A stretch of DNA of 64,000 nt from a virus (lineage: Duplodnaviria; Caudoviricetes), in IMG/VR virus record IMGVR_UViG_3300015214_000026, positions 64,001 to 128,000 of that record, one strand, 5' to 3'. Made by a program: the position numbers and the translations under genes. The notes under the pieces were generated by a model. The model did not search any database. It was not told where the DNA came from and saw only the letters and a list, made by a program, of their open reading frames with translations. Shown piece after piece: positions 27,028 through 37,395 of the stretch (its first letter is position 1; each line of letters opens with the position of its first letter).

Positions 27028-28316
27028 GTCCAGTCCTCCTGTGCGCGAAGTTCTCGGAACGAGATATTGTCGAATGAAACCGTGCCAGAATTTCCCGCTA
27101 CACGTAAAAGGAAGGGTGAGTTGCCCGTTGCAGCAGCTCTACGTACTGTACGAGTCGTACCAATAGGACCGTTGAAACTAGTAACATTGGTAAACTGGAC
27201 ATAAGAGCCTGTTGGGCCTGAATTATCAAATGACAGCAGATATGTAGACCCTTCCTCTATCGGCACACTTTGTGTGATCGCACCATAGTTTGAGCCGTTG
27301 GTAGATGTAATTATAGCTCTGCCATCAGAAACCGAAACGCTGCCCGTCCCTTCGCTCGTCACCGACCAGCCATCAAGTCCATCTGAGAAATCACCGTTGA
27401 CTATTTTCTCCGGCCCCTCGACAAGCAGCCCCTTTGCACCCTTACCCTTGTAATACGCGACAAGCAGCCTGCGTTCTGTCGCCGAAAGGGTACGGTCGAT
27501 CAGCACCATACCGACGATATCGCCGAGAGCATGGAATAGGCCCGGTGTCCCGCCAGTGTATGTCGTCGGTCCGATGGTCAGCGTATCGCCGGAGAACGGC
27601 TCGATGATTGTGCCGCCCGTTCCTGCGATTAGAATGTCACCGGTGATTGCTTGGGGCAATACGGTGGTCAGTGCGTCGTCAACCAAGTCGAAACGCAAAC
27701 CTAGATTGCCCGAAACATCTAAAAGCGTCGGACGTGCTGCGGCTGTAGGCTGGGAGAGTGGGGGATTGATGACTTCTTTGATGGAGCCGATCTCAAAGTA
27801 AAACGTATCGCCGACAGAGCTAGTCGAGTATAGATCAACATTTCCACTGGCACCTGCGGGAACCACACCAGCCACGTTGCCTGATTCTCCATTCCCCAAC
27901 ACAATAACGTTGCCAGCGATAGCGAACCGAATGGTTCTTCCATTAGCGTTTCCCGACCATGCTACGCTGTATCGGTACAATTTACCCGTCTGCCATGTTC
28001 CCGGCTGCCTAACTCCAGCAGTAGAAACGCTTGTAGTCGTGATATTCCACCCGTTTCCGCTTCGCGTGCCTGTCGCAAGCACAAGACTTTGTGTGAGAAC
28101 GTCAGACAACTCCGGCCCCAACTCCTGCCGCGCGTCCAACACCAACCGAACTGGATCACCCGGAAGCGCAGGTGTTGTGCCGTTCGCGTCTTGGAAGAGC
28201 GTGTCCAAAGCGGACGGATCGTATAAGCCACCCCCCAGCCCCGTCGCGCCGAATATCGCAGCAGCAACGTCCCATGCGAATGGTGCAGGACGATTGACAT
28301 ATGGGATCATATTCAT
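27024..28316 (-). CDS. Putative receptor-binding / lectin-like tail protein with carbohydrate-binding-like domains
   Basis: LYDPS.L.TLFQD..GTTP, QPTAAARPTL, NGDFS.GL.GW...FDNIS; ATGA coupling. Confidence 0.7.
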   Translation of the reverse strand: MNMIPYVNRPAPFAWDVAAAIFGATGLGGGLYDPSALDTLFQDANGTTPALPGDPVRLVLDARQELGPELSDVLTQSLVLATGTRSGNGWNITTTSVSTAGVRQPGTWQTGKLYRYSVAWSGNANGRTIRFAIAGNVIVLGNGESGNVAGVVPAGASGNVDLYSTSSVGDTFYFEIGSIKEVINPPLSQPTAAARPTLLDVSGNLGLRFDLVDDALTTVLPQAITGDILIAGTGGTIIEPFSGDTLTIGPTTYTGGTPGLFHALGDIVGMVLIDRTLSATERRLLVAYYKGKGAKGLLVEGPEKIVNGDFSDGLDGWSVTSEGTGSVSVSDGRAIITSTNGSNYGAITQSVPIEEGSTYLLSFDNSGPTGSYVQFTNVTSFNGPIGTTRTVRRAAATGNSPFLLRVAGNSGTVSFDNISFRELRAQEDWT

Positions 28317-30052
28317 GCCACCGCTCCATAGAGTTTGACGAACAGCTCACGAACCCCGGCTGATGCAGTCACCATGAAACTCAGATCGTCGGTAGACGTG
28401 ACGGCAATCGACAGGTCGTCAATTGCAACAGGCGTGTCCTGCTCAACCAGCACTGGTCCATGAACCGCAACACCGCCGACCATGACGATTATTGACGCCT
28501 CACTACCCGGATCGCCGTTGATAATCTCGGCATAGATGTCGGTCTGAACACTCGGCGATGTCGCCCGCCGCTCCGCGTAATAGCCACCGGACTCAATCCC
28601 GTTCTCATTATAGATCGAGACGCTGTAGCCAATCAGTGTGGCGTTCTGTGCAGCTGTTGCACTGTTGGCAGCATCGAGCGCGTGTTCGCGGGCTGATTTT
28701 GTACCGGGACCGCCGGGTTCTGTGCCTGTTGCGTATGCCTGCGAGGCGTCACGTGCATCAGCAGCATCACTGGCAGCCTGTGGCGCAGCCTGAATATCTG
28801 GGAGGTTGGCAACAGCAGTCTGAACATCACCAACAGCAGGGGCGAGCGTCTGAACGTCAACTGCAACGCTGGCAACGGCCTGCACCTCAGTACTGATAGC
28901 GGCAACGGTAACAATCTCGGCAGCAATCCCGGCGACTGTTGAAACGTCCGCCACATCAGAGCCGAGCGCGACTACCTGCCAGACTGTTTCCCAATCTACG
29001 CCAGTTCCCGGCTCTGTCTCAGGCGCTGCAATATGTTCGTACAGCGCACGATAACTGGTCCCGTCATGCTCCAGCGCCTGATTGCGCTGATATTGCGCAT
29101 CCAGCGCCCATCCGGTGTCGATCCAGACCAGCCCGTCGCGTCCTGTAAAATAGGCTGGCCCTACCCAGTCGCCAATTCCGGAACCTCTCATGTATACGGC
29201 AGCTCTACCATCTCCATTGTCTGATACTAATACGGAAAAACCTTCGTCTTCTGTATCATAAGCGTCTCTATCCGATAAATTATCAACTTGAACAGAATAG
29301 GTTCCACCAAGAGCGTAAGAATAAACTAAAGTCCAATGATTTGTGTCTATAGGTAAAATGTTAATAACTGGGTCAGAATCTGTTTTTACTCTATACAGTT
29401 TATTATTATAGCTTACTTCGTCTAAACTGTGGTAATAAATACCTCCCTGATATTCGCCCCTAGCTCTAACAAGTATTTTACCTAAATCAGTATGTATGGT
29501 AGTGCCATTTATAGCGGCATATTCAATAATTAAATGTCCGTCATCATCTATAGAGCCAGTAATTGGCCCCATAGTGTCGTCTTGATTAAGAACATTCATC
29601 ATTAAGTTACCATTCTCGATAGAGAATGATATAACTGGACCGCTAGCGTCAGAGCCTTTTTTACCCCTGACATTCGTAGCTAGAGCGGGATTAGTAGTAA
29701 ATCCAGTATTAGAAACATAAACAGGAAATTCTGGTTTATCCCCGGCTCCACCTACCCAATCTTTTATTAATAGAAGTTCTCTATCGCCATTCGCTTCTGT
29801 AGTTATAACTGGTGTCCAGCCATCAACACCACGCTTAGCAAGAACTTCTAGAACTTCTTCACTTAAAGTAAGCTCTTTAAGATTAGAAAGATCAAAAGTT
29901 TCAGATTTATCTGTTATAATTTTTGGTGGGCTAGAGGTATCATCACCTATTCTAGCATTCTTAGTATCGGTATCATACCCAAACTCACCCGGTCTTAATT
30001 GAGGAGTTTGCGCTGATGTACCTATTCTGGATACTATTCTTACAGCGGTCAT
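28313..30052 (-). CDS. Chimeric tail fibre/anchor protein with Mtd/hyaluronidase-like N-terminal motif
   Basis: L.PGEFGYDTDTK..RIGD; abrupt GC switch near codon 305. Confidence 0.8.
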   Translation of the reverse strand: MTAVRIVSRIGTSAQTPQLRPGEFGYDTDTKNARIGDDTSSPPKIITDKSETFDLSNLKELTLSEEVLEVLAKRGVDGWTPVITTEANGDRELLLIKDWVGGAGDKPEFPVYVSNTGFTTNPALATNVRGKKGSDASGPVISFSIENGNLMMNVLNQDDTMGPITGSIDDDGHLIIEYAAINGTTIHTDLGKILVRARGEYQGGIYYHSLDEVSYNNKLYRVKTDSDPVINILPIDTNHWTLVYSYALGGTYSVQVDNLSDRDAYDTEDEGFSVLVSDNGDGRAAVYMRGSGIGDWVGPAYFTGRDGLVWIDTGWALDAQYQRNQALEHDGTSYRALYEHIAAPETEPGTGVDWETVWQVVALGSDVADVSTVAGIAAEIVTVAAISTEVQAVASVAVDVQTLAPAVGDVQTAVANLPDIQAAPQAASDAADARDASQAYATGTEPGGPGTKSAREHALDAANSATAAQNATLIGYSVSIYNENGIESGGYYAERRATSPSVQTDIYAEIINGDPGSEASIIVMVGGVAVHGPVLVEQDTPVAIDDLSIAVTSTDDLSFMVTASAGVRELFVKLYGAVA

Positions 30053-30063
30053 TAGGCTTTACC

Positions 30064-30660
30064 TCAATCGTGACCTTCAACTTTATTAGGTAATGGCCAA
30101 CCTTCTGATACAGCAGCCACATAAGTTTCAATTATCTTAGATAAATTCTTTTCTTTCTTAAATTCTTTATCGAATAGAGCAAGAATTTCCATTTCCCTAT
30201 CGTAGCAAATCTGAATATGAGTTGTTATAAGTAACTTAATAGCCTTTAAATCTTCTAAGTTAAGAGTGGTATAACCTGTAAAAGATTTAAAATTTACAGT
30301 ATATTTTTCAGGTTTGTCAGATTGCTGAGCGTCAAAAATCTTTTCTGTTAAAGCACTAGATACATCATTATTAGTTAAATACTCAAAATCTTTATAGGTA
30401 ACTTTAAAGTTTTGAGCAATATATCTAATAGTAGCTAAATCCGCCTTCAATTGATCTAAAAGATACTCTTTAGAAGGTGGAACAACTTTATTATTCTCTA
30501 CTATATAGTCCTGATTTACATACTCAGTAAAACAAGAATCAGCCTCTACCCATTCAAAATTTTCAGAAGTTTCACCTTCTGGCTTATCGTCTCTAACTTC
30601 TTGAGGAGCGCCGTTAAAAACACCTACCCAAACCATCACGTATTCTCCTAAATCCACCAA
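30064..30660 (-). CDS. Tail fibre assembly-type protein (DUF4376-like)
   Basis: LATIRY...VNFK...L..EDL.AI...HIQ.CYDRE pattern; located among fibre genes. Confidence 0.6.
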   Translation of the reverse strand: MVDLGEYVMVWVGVFNGAPQEVRDDKPEGETSENFEWVEADSCFTEYVNQDYIVENNKVVPPSKEYLLDQLKADLATIRYIAQNFKVTYKDFEYLTNNDVSSALTEKIFDAQQSDKPEKYTVNFKSFTGYTTLNLEDLKAIKLLITTHIQICYDREMEILALFDKEFKKEKNLSKIIETYVAAVSEGWPLPNKVEGHD

Positions 30661-30855
30661 ACTTTTTCTTTATCGGGGTAGCTATACACTGCTATAGCTA
30701 TAGGATTTGCTTCCAAATCACATACCATTTTATAATAATTAATGGCTTCTTCTACAGCTCCAGTAACACCTACTCCCTTTATTATTACATTTGCGGTTCC
30801 TGTGGGAAGTTGTAAAGTAACTTCCCACAGGTTATATTTAAATCGTGGTTTAATC
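30648..30855 (-). CDS. Small hypothetical protein, start uncertain
   Basis: Open frame fills the 200-nt gap (KPRFKYNLWEV...KVWWI); no ATG outside the upstream gene. Confidence 0.45.
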
Positions 30856-33800
30856 GGATTGGTTCGGATAAGACCGTCCCGGACCCCATATAATTCGGAC
30901 ACCGCCGTTGCCACCAAGTCCGAAAGTGGCACCGTTTCTGGAGCCTCCACCGCCGCCGCATACACCGCCATTTGGACGGCCAGAGCCAGCGCCGGGGGCT
31001 GAGCTATTTGTACCACCAGAACCTCCTAAACCACGACGATTGTTATTACCACCGTTAGCGCCTTGCTTTATAAGACCGACACCGCCTCCGCCGCCAGATA
31101 AACTACTGGAAGGAGAATGAAGCCCGTGCGATCCACCGCCTCCGCCGCCACCGGAGCCATTTCTATTGCTATAATGACCAGTACCACCATTACCTGTATA
31201 ACCAGCAGCACCACCGCCAGCGCCGGTACGACGGTCATCCGCTAAACGAGCGGGTCCACCATTACCGCCTCCGCCAGAACCACCAAACAGATTACCACCG
31301 CCACCTTGAGCAGTACCACTAAGGACACCATGCGATCCACCATCCCCCCGTAGCATATTCTGTATGGTTGAAGCCTGTCCCGGACCACCAACTACTATTG
31401 GTATTTGCGAGCCTGGCGTAACCGGAATGTTATTTCTCCAACGAAGTCCAGCTCCAGCCCCGCCTGTACCATTAGAACCCCAAGCTCCCGGAGAGAATCC
31501 TGCTCCAGAATATCCATTACCACCGCCACCTACGCATACGGCGCATATAGAAAACACACCGTCAGGAACAGTAAAGGTATACGTGCCAGGAACTGTATAA
31601 ACCTGCTGACCAGTAACAGTTGGTGTAGTAAATGAAATCGAAGCAGACCAATTACTATGCCCGTATAACGTACCTTTATGTCTAGCTCTAGCGAACAGAG
31701 TGGAGCCAGGAGGTAGACCTACGCCAGTAATCTGTACTTTATTGGTAGTATTATCCGTAGAACTCCATATAAGGGTTCCAGCGCCATCATTTGTAGTACG
31801 AATTTCCCAATCTGTACTTTCATGGCTATCATTGGCGCCTGACGTAATGCCAAAAGCTGTTGTTCTAAGCACTACGGTAGTACCAGTTACATTTGAAGTT
31901 GTAACCGTAGGTGTAAGAATATTAACTACAATGGTTGTAAATTCAATTGAAGCCGACCAATTAGACCAGCCCGAGTTTAACCCTCTATGTCTAGCTCTTA
32001 CGTAATATTTAGTAAAGGCTTCCAAATTACCGCCTGGAACCGTGTATGAAGTAAGATTGCTAGTTTCATTTGAATCAAAATCTATGTTAGAGAAACCTGC
32101 ATTTTTAGAAAACTGATACTGTGAAGCGGCGTGCGAAGAAGTCGGGTCTTGAGATACATAAGAGGATGTGGTAATAGTAGGAGTTAGCGAAATACCAGTT
32201 GATCCTGTAACTGGACTAGTTATTGTAGGAGCACTAGGCGTAGCTCTAACAGTAAACTTAGTAGGTATAGACCAAGGCCCAGCTCCAATAGTAGTTCCTA
32301 TATGTCTTACTCTCCACCAATACGTAGTAAAATTACTAAGAGAGGCTCCTCCCGGAACTTGATGCTGAATTAAATCAGAAATAGCACCAGAATCATATAC
32401 GGGAGACAAGAAATCAGCAGAAGTAGCTATTTGCCACTGTGAACTATCATGAGTATCTGCTATAGACCCACCATATGAGAAATTACTAGACTGTAGAATA
32501 GGAGTATTAGCGACACTAGTAGCGTCAGAAGCGGGAGCAATATTAGATGGCTGCCCAATAAAACTGAAATCAGGTTGTGTAGCAAAAGCGGTAGGATCGG
32601 ACCAAGATGACCATTTACCAACGGAGTCTTGATAACGACAACGCCACCAATACAGATTATTAACTTCCAACAAGTCTGCGCCCGCTGGCACTGTAAACGT
32701 AGTACCTGCACCTTCTAACACGTAAGTATGCTGAATAACATCTGAATCGCCGGCTAGAATACCATATGGTTCAGCATTCATACCTACAGCATTAAACTGG
32801 GTACTAATACCAGAACCCGCTGGACGTTTTACCCAAGTTTGACCTCTATTATAAGAAGTCTGAATTTCACCGCTAGCGCCTACTGCTACTGCTTTACTAT
32901 CTAACATGGTTACAGCCATGAAACTACCACCGTAACCACTAGCAGCGGAACGTGTAGTCCAAGTAGAACCAAAATCAGACGACGTTTGTATAGTACCATT
33001 AGCGCCAACCGCGATGGCATAACCACCTTCTGTAAGGGTTACGCTATAGAAAGTACCATTGAAAGCAGCGGCGGGGGTACGTACTGACCAATTAACACCG
33101 TAGTCAGCAGAAGTATGAATAGCCCCATTAGCTCCTACCGCAATACAACGGCCCGCTGTAGTCATAGCTACATCATAAAATGTACCCGTATAACCACCGG
33201 CAGTCATCACTGACGACCAGATAGATCCTTTATTGATAGACGATAATATCTTCCCACTAGCACCTACTGCAACCGCATAGGATTCATGGGCAGCCACGCC
33301 CATAATATTACCCGCAAATCCATCAACACTGGCGGCAGCCACCCAATTAGCGCCGTAATCTGTTGTATACACAACTCTACCAGTATTACCAACAGCTATA
33401 ATAGTATCCGAATGATTCCAAGCTACATCCCGTAAATCTCCTGAACCTACACCGGGTGTTACCGCCTCCCAAGTAAGTCCGCCATCTTCTGTATATATAG
33501 CTTTATTAGATGCGCCGACCATGATAGCTTCACGATCACTCAGCATTTCTATAGCATAGAATGTACCTGTTTGACCTGCTACGTTTACCCACGATACGAG
33601 AGTATCGCTAGAGGTATTGAGAACCATATCATAGAAAGATACATCTCTACTTATCTGGAAATGCGCACCAATTTGAGGCAATCCATATAACGATCTATAC
33701 GTAGAACCGGATAAAGTAGGGGTTACAGAAATATTAGTAGCTTGATCGGCGGGGGAAATATTTGTAGGCTTTTCAATACGATCAGAATCAAAATTCTGGT

Positions 33801-35292
33801 ATTGAGTAATAAGGGCAAAGCTATTAACTACTTCTCTATGGCCAGGAGTACCTTTATACGATATCCAAAACTCTATGGAAGTGTTACCGATAGGTATCCT
33901 ATACTCTTCTTCAGTAAACTGCGTAAATTCAACGCCATACGTCCGTACTAATTCAGCTTCTTTCCATATATCTGTACCAGCTTCCTTATATCGGACTTCA
34001 TACAGACCAGAACTATCAATACTATTACGCTGGATAATTAAAGAACCACCCGGCCAAGAATGTAGTGTACGAATAGGTCTAGAAAAGTATTCCTGATTAC
34101 CAAATACAGTAGCTGTACCGTCATTATTTATTTCAAACGACGTAGAACCTATTCTAGCACCGGCAGAAGCGGATACAGATATATTAAGGGTCTCTACCGC
34201 TCGTATAGTAGTTGGGCTGATGACACTAAATACTTCAATTATTGCTCTAGCTCCAGTGTCATCAAAAATGACATACTGATTACCGGGAGTGAAAGCATAT
34301 GCGTTTTCAACAGTTACAGTATCATCATTCTGCATGGTAGTGACACCTTGCGAAGATGGTAACTGACGCATGTTAAAGTCACGATTAGGAACCCAAAATT
34401 CCCAAGCGTAACCTTCATCATCATATCGCCACTGAAGTAAAAGGCCTCTCTTGGCTAGATTGATTTCACTAGTAGCAGAATCAAAAGCTATGGTTAACCA
34501 TTCATTGTCAACATATATTTTAAGGGTATTATTGTAATACCAATAAGACCCCTGCGCGGGTTCCTCTGGTTCGTCACCAATAACTACGTTTGCTTCACTA
34601 CCTATATAAGTATATGTAGTGCCAGTCCACATCATAAGACGAAAATCTTCTATTGATGTAGCATCGATATATACAAAAGGTCCTGGCGCAGAAGGTAGGC
34701 GATTATATTCGCGTATTACAGGAATACCAATAGGTTCATAAATTTGATCTATGTTATTCCAAACATAAATAGTATCTTGATACCTATAAAGAGGATATTC
34801 AAGAGTAGAAGGCAATACTTCCACAAATGGAATATTACGTAGATCGAAGCCATCGGATAACAAAGCCATAAGCTCTGGGCTAAGGTCGATAGACATTGAA
34901 TAGGTATCAGGTAATAATGGATTGGGCATAACTGGCCCAACTGAAATACTACTTGTGTCAGAAGTTACAGTAACATTATTAAATTCACCGGGTTCATTTC
35001 TATAAACAAAACCCTGATTTTTATTTAACTCCGCAGGCTTAATACCATCAATGGTACCGCCCTCTTTTAATAACAGATTCGCAAACTGTGCGTAATCAAT
35101 GTCATTAAAATTGAAAACACCAGTAGATTTTTCCGACATAATACGTGGAGGATTGGGTGTATCATCACCTACACGAAATGTCTTGGTATCTACATCCCAG
35201 AGCATTTCCGCAAGTTTAGCTGCCGGTACTTGATTGGCAAGACCATACCTTGCAAGAACATGAAATTTATATCCAGCGAGTAATGACGACAT
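30850..35292 (-). CDS. Large multi-domain tail appendage protein (Mtd-like N-terminus, BNR/YCF48 beta-propeller, FN3/Ig-like repeats, Gly-rich C-terminus)
   Basis: Repeated AVGA.G.I.TS.D.G.TW (Asp-box); repeated Y.WR.R....G.WS..S...F.T; polyglycine C-terminus. Confidence 0.85.
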   Translation of the reverse strand: MSSLLAGYKFHVLARYGLANQVPAAKLAEMLWDVDTKTFRVGDDTPNPPRIMSEKSTGVFNFNDIDYAQFANLLLKEGGTIDGIKPAELNKNQGFVYRNEPGEFNNVTVTSDTSSISVGPVMPNPLLPDTYSMSIDLSPELMALLSDGFDLRNIPFVEVLPSTLEYPLYRYQDTIYVWNNIDQIYEPIGIPVIREYNRLPSAPGPFVYIDATSIEDFRLMMWTGTTYTYIGSEANVVIGDEPEEPAQGSYWYYNNTLKIYVDNEWLTIAFDSATSEINLAKRGLLLQWRYDDEGYAWEFWVPNRDFNMRQLPSSQGVTTMQNDDTVTVENAYAFTPGNQYVIFDDTGARAIIEVFSVISPTTIRAVETLNISVSASAGARIGSTSFEINNDGTATVFGNQEYFSRPIRTLHSWPGGSLIIQRNSIDSSGLYEVRYKEAGTDIWKEAELVRTYGVEFTQFTEEEYRIPIGNTSIEFWISYKGTPGHREVVNSFALITQYQNFDSDRIEKPTNISPADQATNISVTPTLSGSTYRSLYGLPQIGAHFQISRDVSFYDMVLNTSSDTLVSWVNVAGQTGTFYAIEMLSDREAIMVGASNKAIYTEDGGLTWEAVTPGVGSGDLRDVAWNHSDTIIAVGNTGRVVYTTDYGANWVAAASVDGFAGNIMGVAAHESYAVAVGASGKILSSINKGSIWSSVMTAGGYTGTFYDVAMTTAGRCIAVGANGAIHTSADYGVNWSVRTPAAAFNGTFYSVTLTEGGYAIAVGANGTIQTSSDFGSTWTTRSAASGYGGSFMAVTMLDSKAVAVGASGEIQTSYNRGQTWVKRPAGSGISTQFNAVGMNAEPYGILAGDSDVIQHTYVLEGAGTTFTVPAGADLLEVNNLYWWRCRYQDSVGKWSSWSDPTAFATQPDFSFIGQPSNIAPASDATSVANTPILQSSNFSYGGSIADTHDSSQWQIATSADFLSPVYDSGAISDLIQHQVPGGASLSNFTTYWWRVRHIGTTIGAGPWSIPTKFTVRATPSAPTITSPVTGSTGISLTPTITTSSYVSQDPTSSHAASQYQFSKNAGFSNIDFDSNETSNLTSYTVPGGNLEAFTKYYVRARHRGLNSGWSNWSASIEFTTIVVNILTPTVTTSNVTGTTVVLRTTAFGITSGANDSHESTDWEIRTTNDGAGTLIWSSTDNTTNKVQITGVGLPPGSTLFARARHKGTLYGHSNWSASISFTTPTVTGQQVYTVPGTYTFTVPDGVFSICAVCVGGGGNGYSGAGFSPGAWGSNGTGGAGAGLRWRNNIPVTPGSQIPIVVGGPGQASTIQNMLRGDGGSHGVLSGTAQGGGGNLFGGSGGGGNGGPARLADDRRTGAGGGAAGYTGNGGTGHYSNRNGSGGGGGGGSHGLHSPSSSLSGGGGGVGLIKQGANGGNNNRRGLGGSGGTNSSAPGAGSGRPNGGVCGGGGGSRNGATFGLGGNGGVRIIWGPGRSYPNQSD

Positions 35293-35315
35293 TGTTGCTG
35301 TCTCTTTTCAATAAA

Positions 35316-36515
35316 TTATAAATCAGGAGTTGGAGACGGGGCCGAATACGCCGCGTATTTAACTATAAAATTTGTTGCAGAAGTATCATGAACAGATATA
35401 TTAAATCCAGTGGTATCCATATCAGAAGACACAGCATTACCATCAGATGGATTTAAAATCTCTACTTTATTAGGTGTTACAACAAATGAATCTAAAGTAA
35501 CGGGATAATCTACCGCGTCTTGACCAATTAATAAACGACCTTCAGCATATATTGTATCTACTAATGACTGTTCAACATTCTTTGCTCGGCGCTCTAAAAT
35601 ACCTGGCGTAGTACCTATGTTAACCTGTAGACCACATACTAACCAATCATTGATAAAAGATGTATCTTTACCGGGTTCAAATAAAGTATCCACAGCCCAC
35701 CATTTAGACGAGGATGGAGGCATATAACAAGGAAATGATACTAGCTCCCATTCTCCTGTTCCAGTAACTTCCATGGAAGCTAAATGAGCGTCTAATTCTG
35801 ATAGGGCTTTAATTGTTGTGGTAACACCCGGCTGACCTTTTATTCTAAGCGTTACAGTGACAAATCTATTTTGAACAAATTTATAATCAAAAAAGAACGA
35901 ACGGACACCGCAGTTAGTTACATTACCCGAAGATGATATTCGTAATACTCTTTCAAAAGCAACATCATCCGCTTCTGTATCTTCTGTCTCAAACGAAGCG
36001 GTTAAATATCCAGCACTAGAAGGATACGAATATACGTACCAATTAGGTGCAAACATACAAGTATTTCCGTCAATACCCGTAGTAAAATTAACTTCGGCTC
36101 CAATATTTCTAGTAATAGTTAAATTACCATTGATAGCTAAATTTGAAGAACCCGCTATTTCAGTGATTTCACCATTAGCCCTAAGAAAAACTGCCCCATT
36201 AGGGGTCAATTCCATATATATTTCATTTGTTTTTTCGTTCTGAAATTTAATAGAGTCTTGATTAGTAAAGTCAAGTACTATATTATTTATTTCAGTTTCA
36301 GACACCATGCCTGTCAATTTCTGATATTGATTTAATATCAGGTTATCATCTACCCATCTAGGCAACCATCTAATAGTAGTGGCATCTTCATTTGTAAATA
36401 CACCAAATCGTCTATTTACATCGTCATAAAACATTTCGCCTATATAGACGAGCTCATTTTCACTAACAGCACTGGCTCGCCTAGCTTGAATACGTAAGGT
36501 CATCGTTAACTCCAA
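35316..36515 (-). CDS. Tail/baseplate-associated protein with Mtd-like N-terminal motif
   Basis: LRIQARR....GEMFYD; beta-sandwich-like C-terminal half. Confidence 0.65.
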   Translation of the reverse strand: MELTMTLRIQARRASAVSENELVYIGEMFYDDVNRRFGVFTNEDATTIRWLPRWVDDNLILNQYQKLTGMVSETEINNIVLDFTNQDSIKFQNEKTNEIYMELTPNGAVFLRANGEITEIAGSSNLAINGNLTITRNIGAEVNFTTGIDGNTCMFAPNWYVYSYPSSAGYLTASFETEDTEADDVAFERVLRISSSGNVTNCGVRSFFFDYKFVQNRFVTVTLRIKGQPGVTTTIKALSELDAHLASMEVTGTGEWELVSFPCYMPPSSSKWWAVDTLFEPGKDTSFINDWLVCGLQVNIGTTPGILERRAKNVEQSLVDTIYAEGRLLIGQDAVDYPVTLDSFVVTPNKVEILNPSDGNAVSSDMDTTGFNISVHDTSATNFIVKYAAYSAPSPTPDL

Positions 36516-37340
36516 TTAATATGGCAAGCCGCCAACAATTTGACCGTCATTGCTTACACCGTCTATATAATCCGAACCACCTACCGTAGCAGAATATTCA
36601 GAATCCGGTGTAGTATATAAATATCCAGAAATAAAATCATATTGAGTAGGAGAATAACTATCACCTTTAATACCACCATCTAAAATACCAAATTTAGGAT
36701 CGCGGTAATTCTGGAACATAGCTATACCCCAATATGTACCATCGCTTCTCTTAGAAACCATAGCGGGGGATTTAGTACGAGTATCATAGTTAACTACAAA
36801 CTGGGAATAAGGATTCAAAGAAGGCGGCGGCACAGAACTTTCAGTATCAAAAAATGAAAGATTGGCATATTCAGCAGTTACTACTGTAACGCTAGGAACA
36901 GGTCCAAAAATAGAATGTTTTATATCAACATGAATAACAAAACGGCTACCCGGAACAGGTGCTGCCAAAGTTTCATTTAAATTGGGATCGCTACGAATCT
37001 TCTGTACTGCAAAAGGAAGGCTTATAGATAAAAAGGGTATTTCTGTACCATCTAAATGAGTACCAAATACTACTAAATTACCCATTGAAAATGGTCCAAT
37101 ACTTTCAGGCAATAAAATAGTATGTCTAACTGTATCATCAGCAATAGCTTTACTTTGAGTAAGACCGGCGTAACCAGTAAATACTATATCACCTCTAGCA
37201 ACTTCATCTGTTTCAGAAGGTTCAAATCCAAATTCTGTACCAATCTGAAAACTATGAATAGACATTACACTGAAGCCAGTTAGAGCCCCAGTGACTAATC
37301 TTTTACCTTTAGCAACAAATTTTGCTTTAATATCAGCCAT
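36516..37340 (-). CDS. Baseplate / tail-fibre attachment protein
   Basis: G..L...F.IG N-terminus, paralogous to 37396-38622; position in the tail module. Confidence 0.6.
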   Translation of the reverse strand: MADIKAKFVAKGKRLVTGALTGFSVMSIHSFQIGTEFGFEPSETDEVARGDIVFTGYAGLTQSKAIADDTVRHTILLPESIGPFSMGNLVVFGTHLDGTEIPFLSISLPFAVQKIRSDPNLNETLAAPVPGSRFVIHVDIKHSIFGPVPSVTVVTAEYANLSFFDTESSVPPPSLNPYSQFVVNYDTRTKSPAMVSKRSDGTYWGIAMFQNYRDPKFGILDGGIKGDSYSPTQYDFISGYLYTTPDSEYSATVGGSDYIDGVSNDGQIVGGLPY

Positions 37341-37395
37341 TTTAATATCTCGTTACTTGTTGTAACAGAATTAACGTAAACAATGTGGATTTTCA

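Larger units (their letters stand above)
26600..29150. other. GC-rich horizontally acquired tail module
   Basis: Hand count 37/60 GC at 28681-28740 versus 22/60 at 29401-29460; GC-ending codons inside. Confidence 0.8.

Noticed and set aside
26630-29224. Many overlapping alternative-frame ORFs in the GC-rich island
   Set aside because: High GC lowers stop-codon frequency; the three ATGA-coupled minus-strand genes explain the region
28313-36515. Diversity-generating retroelement suggested by Mtd-like N-termini
   Set aside because: No reverse transcriptase and no template/variable repeat pair differing at adenines seen in this window
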